64,000 bases of DNA from an uncultured Candidatus Peribacteria bacterium. Its GTDB lineage: Bacteria > Patescibacteriota > Gracilibacteria > BD1-5 > JAGOOR01. Every line of letters starts with the position of its first letter. Position 1 is the first letter of the stretch. Made by a program: the position numbers and the translations under genes. Below are positions 63,958 to 64,000 of the stretch, piece after piece. The stretch spans positions 27,039 through 91,038 of the forward strand of contig CAYPRD010000001.1 in NCBI GenBank assembly GCA_964413195.1. Direction: 5' to 3'. The notes under the pieces are model-generated. The model made no database searches. It saw only the letters and a list, made by a program, of their open reading frames with translations, and was not told the DNA's origin.

Positions 63958-64000
63958 GTTTACTTTTCCTCATTTACCTATACATTTCAAATTATGAATA

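Noticed and set aside
1-64000. Interpretation of the many short, abutting same-frame ORFs as pseudogenes or a degraded genome
   Set aside because: The interruptions are exclusively TGA. They fall on conserved Gly positions, and the merged products are full-length with intact catalytic motifs. Recoding explains them better than decay does.
1-64000. UGA=Trp (table 4, Mycoplasma/Spiroplasma-type) as the alternative code
   Set aside because: In-frame TGA occupies invariant glycines (LSGGQ, GxxGxGK, TGxxxGxG, SGGxDS), not Trp columns. The encoded tRNA-Trp also has anticodon CCA rather than UCA.
1-64000. CRISPR arrays, rRNA genes, IS elements, integrases and prophage genes
   Set aside because: I looked for evenly spaced direct repeats, rRNA-like conserved stretches, and transposase or integrase motifs (DDE, tyrosine recombinase R..H..R..Y) in all merged ORFs. 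I recognised none. A computational search could still find degenerate elements.

Overview
AT-rich, very gene-dense 64-kb chromosomal segment that is only coherent if TGA is read as glycine (translation table 25, as in Gracilibacteria/Absconditabacteria of the candidate phyla radiation). The supplied standard-code ORFs are fragments. Merging same-frame fragments across TGA gives about 65 protein genes, all ending in TAA or TAG, plus 3 tRNAs (Glu-CUC, Lys-CUU, Trp-CCA). All coordinates were derived by hand and checked for frame consistency against the ORF track, so starts are less certain than stops. Housekeeping genes: groES-groEL behind a CIRCE-like operator, tig, rplK, rpsB-tsf, aspS, glyQS, tilS, hflX, queA, dus, an rluD-like gene, dxs, mraY, zwf and pgl, zur-znuACB, a pilB-like ATPase, an ABC-F ATPase and a HIT protein. 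I recognised no rRNA, CRISPR array, transposase, integrase or phage genes. The most unusual content: (1) a 1135-aa membrane-anchored surface protein combining three novel repeat modules with PKD, lamin-tail and staphylococcal-nuclease domains; (2) a 990-aa SLH-anchored protein with nine eukaryote-like Cys-rich repeats and four ADAMTS-type thrombospondin repeats; (3) two divergent paralogs of a roughly 40-cysteine repeat protein; (4) scattered type-IV-secretion-like pieces, namely PrgI/VirB3-like plus a VirB4 N-terminal domain lacking its ATPase, and a separate VirB5/VirB6-like pair; (5) an apparently circularly permuted GT-B glycosyltransferase; (6) rplK isolated between two tRNAs without secE-nusG or rplA.
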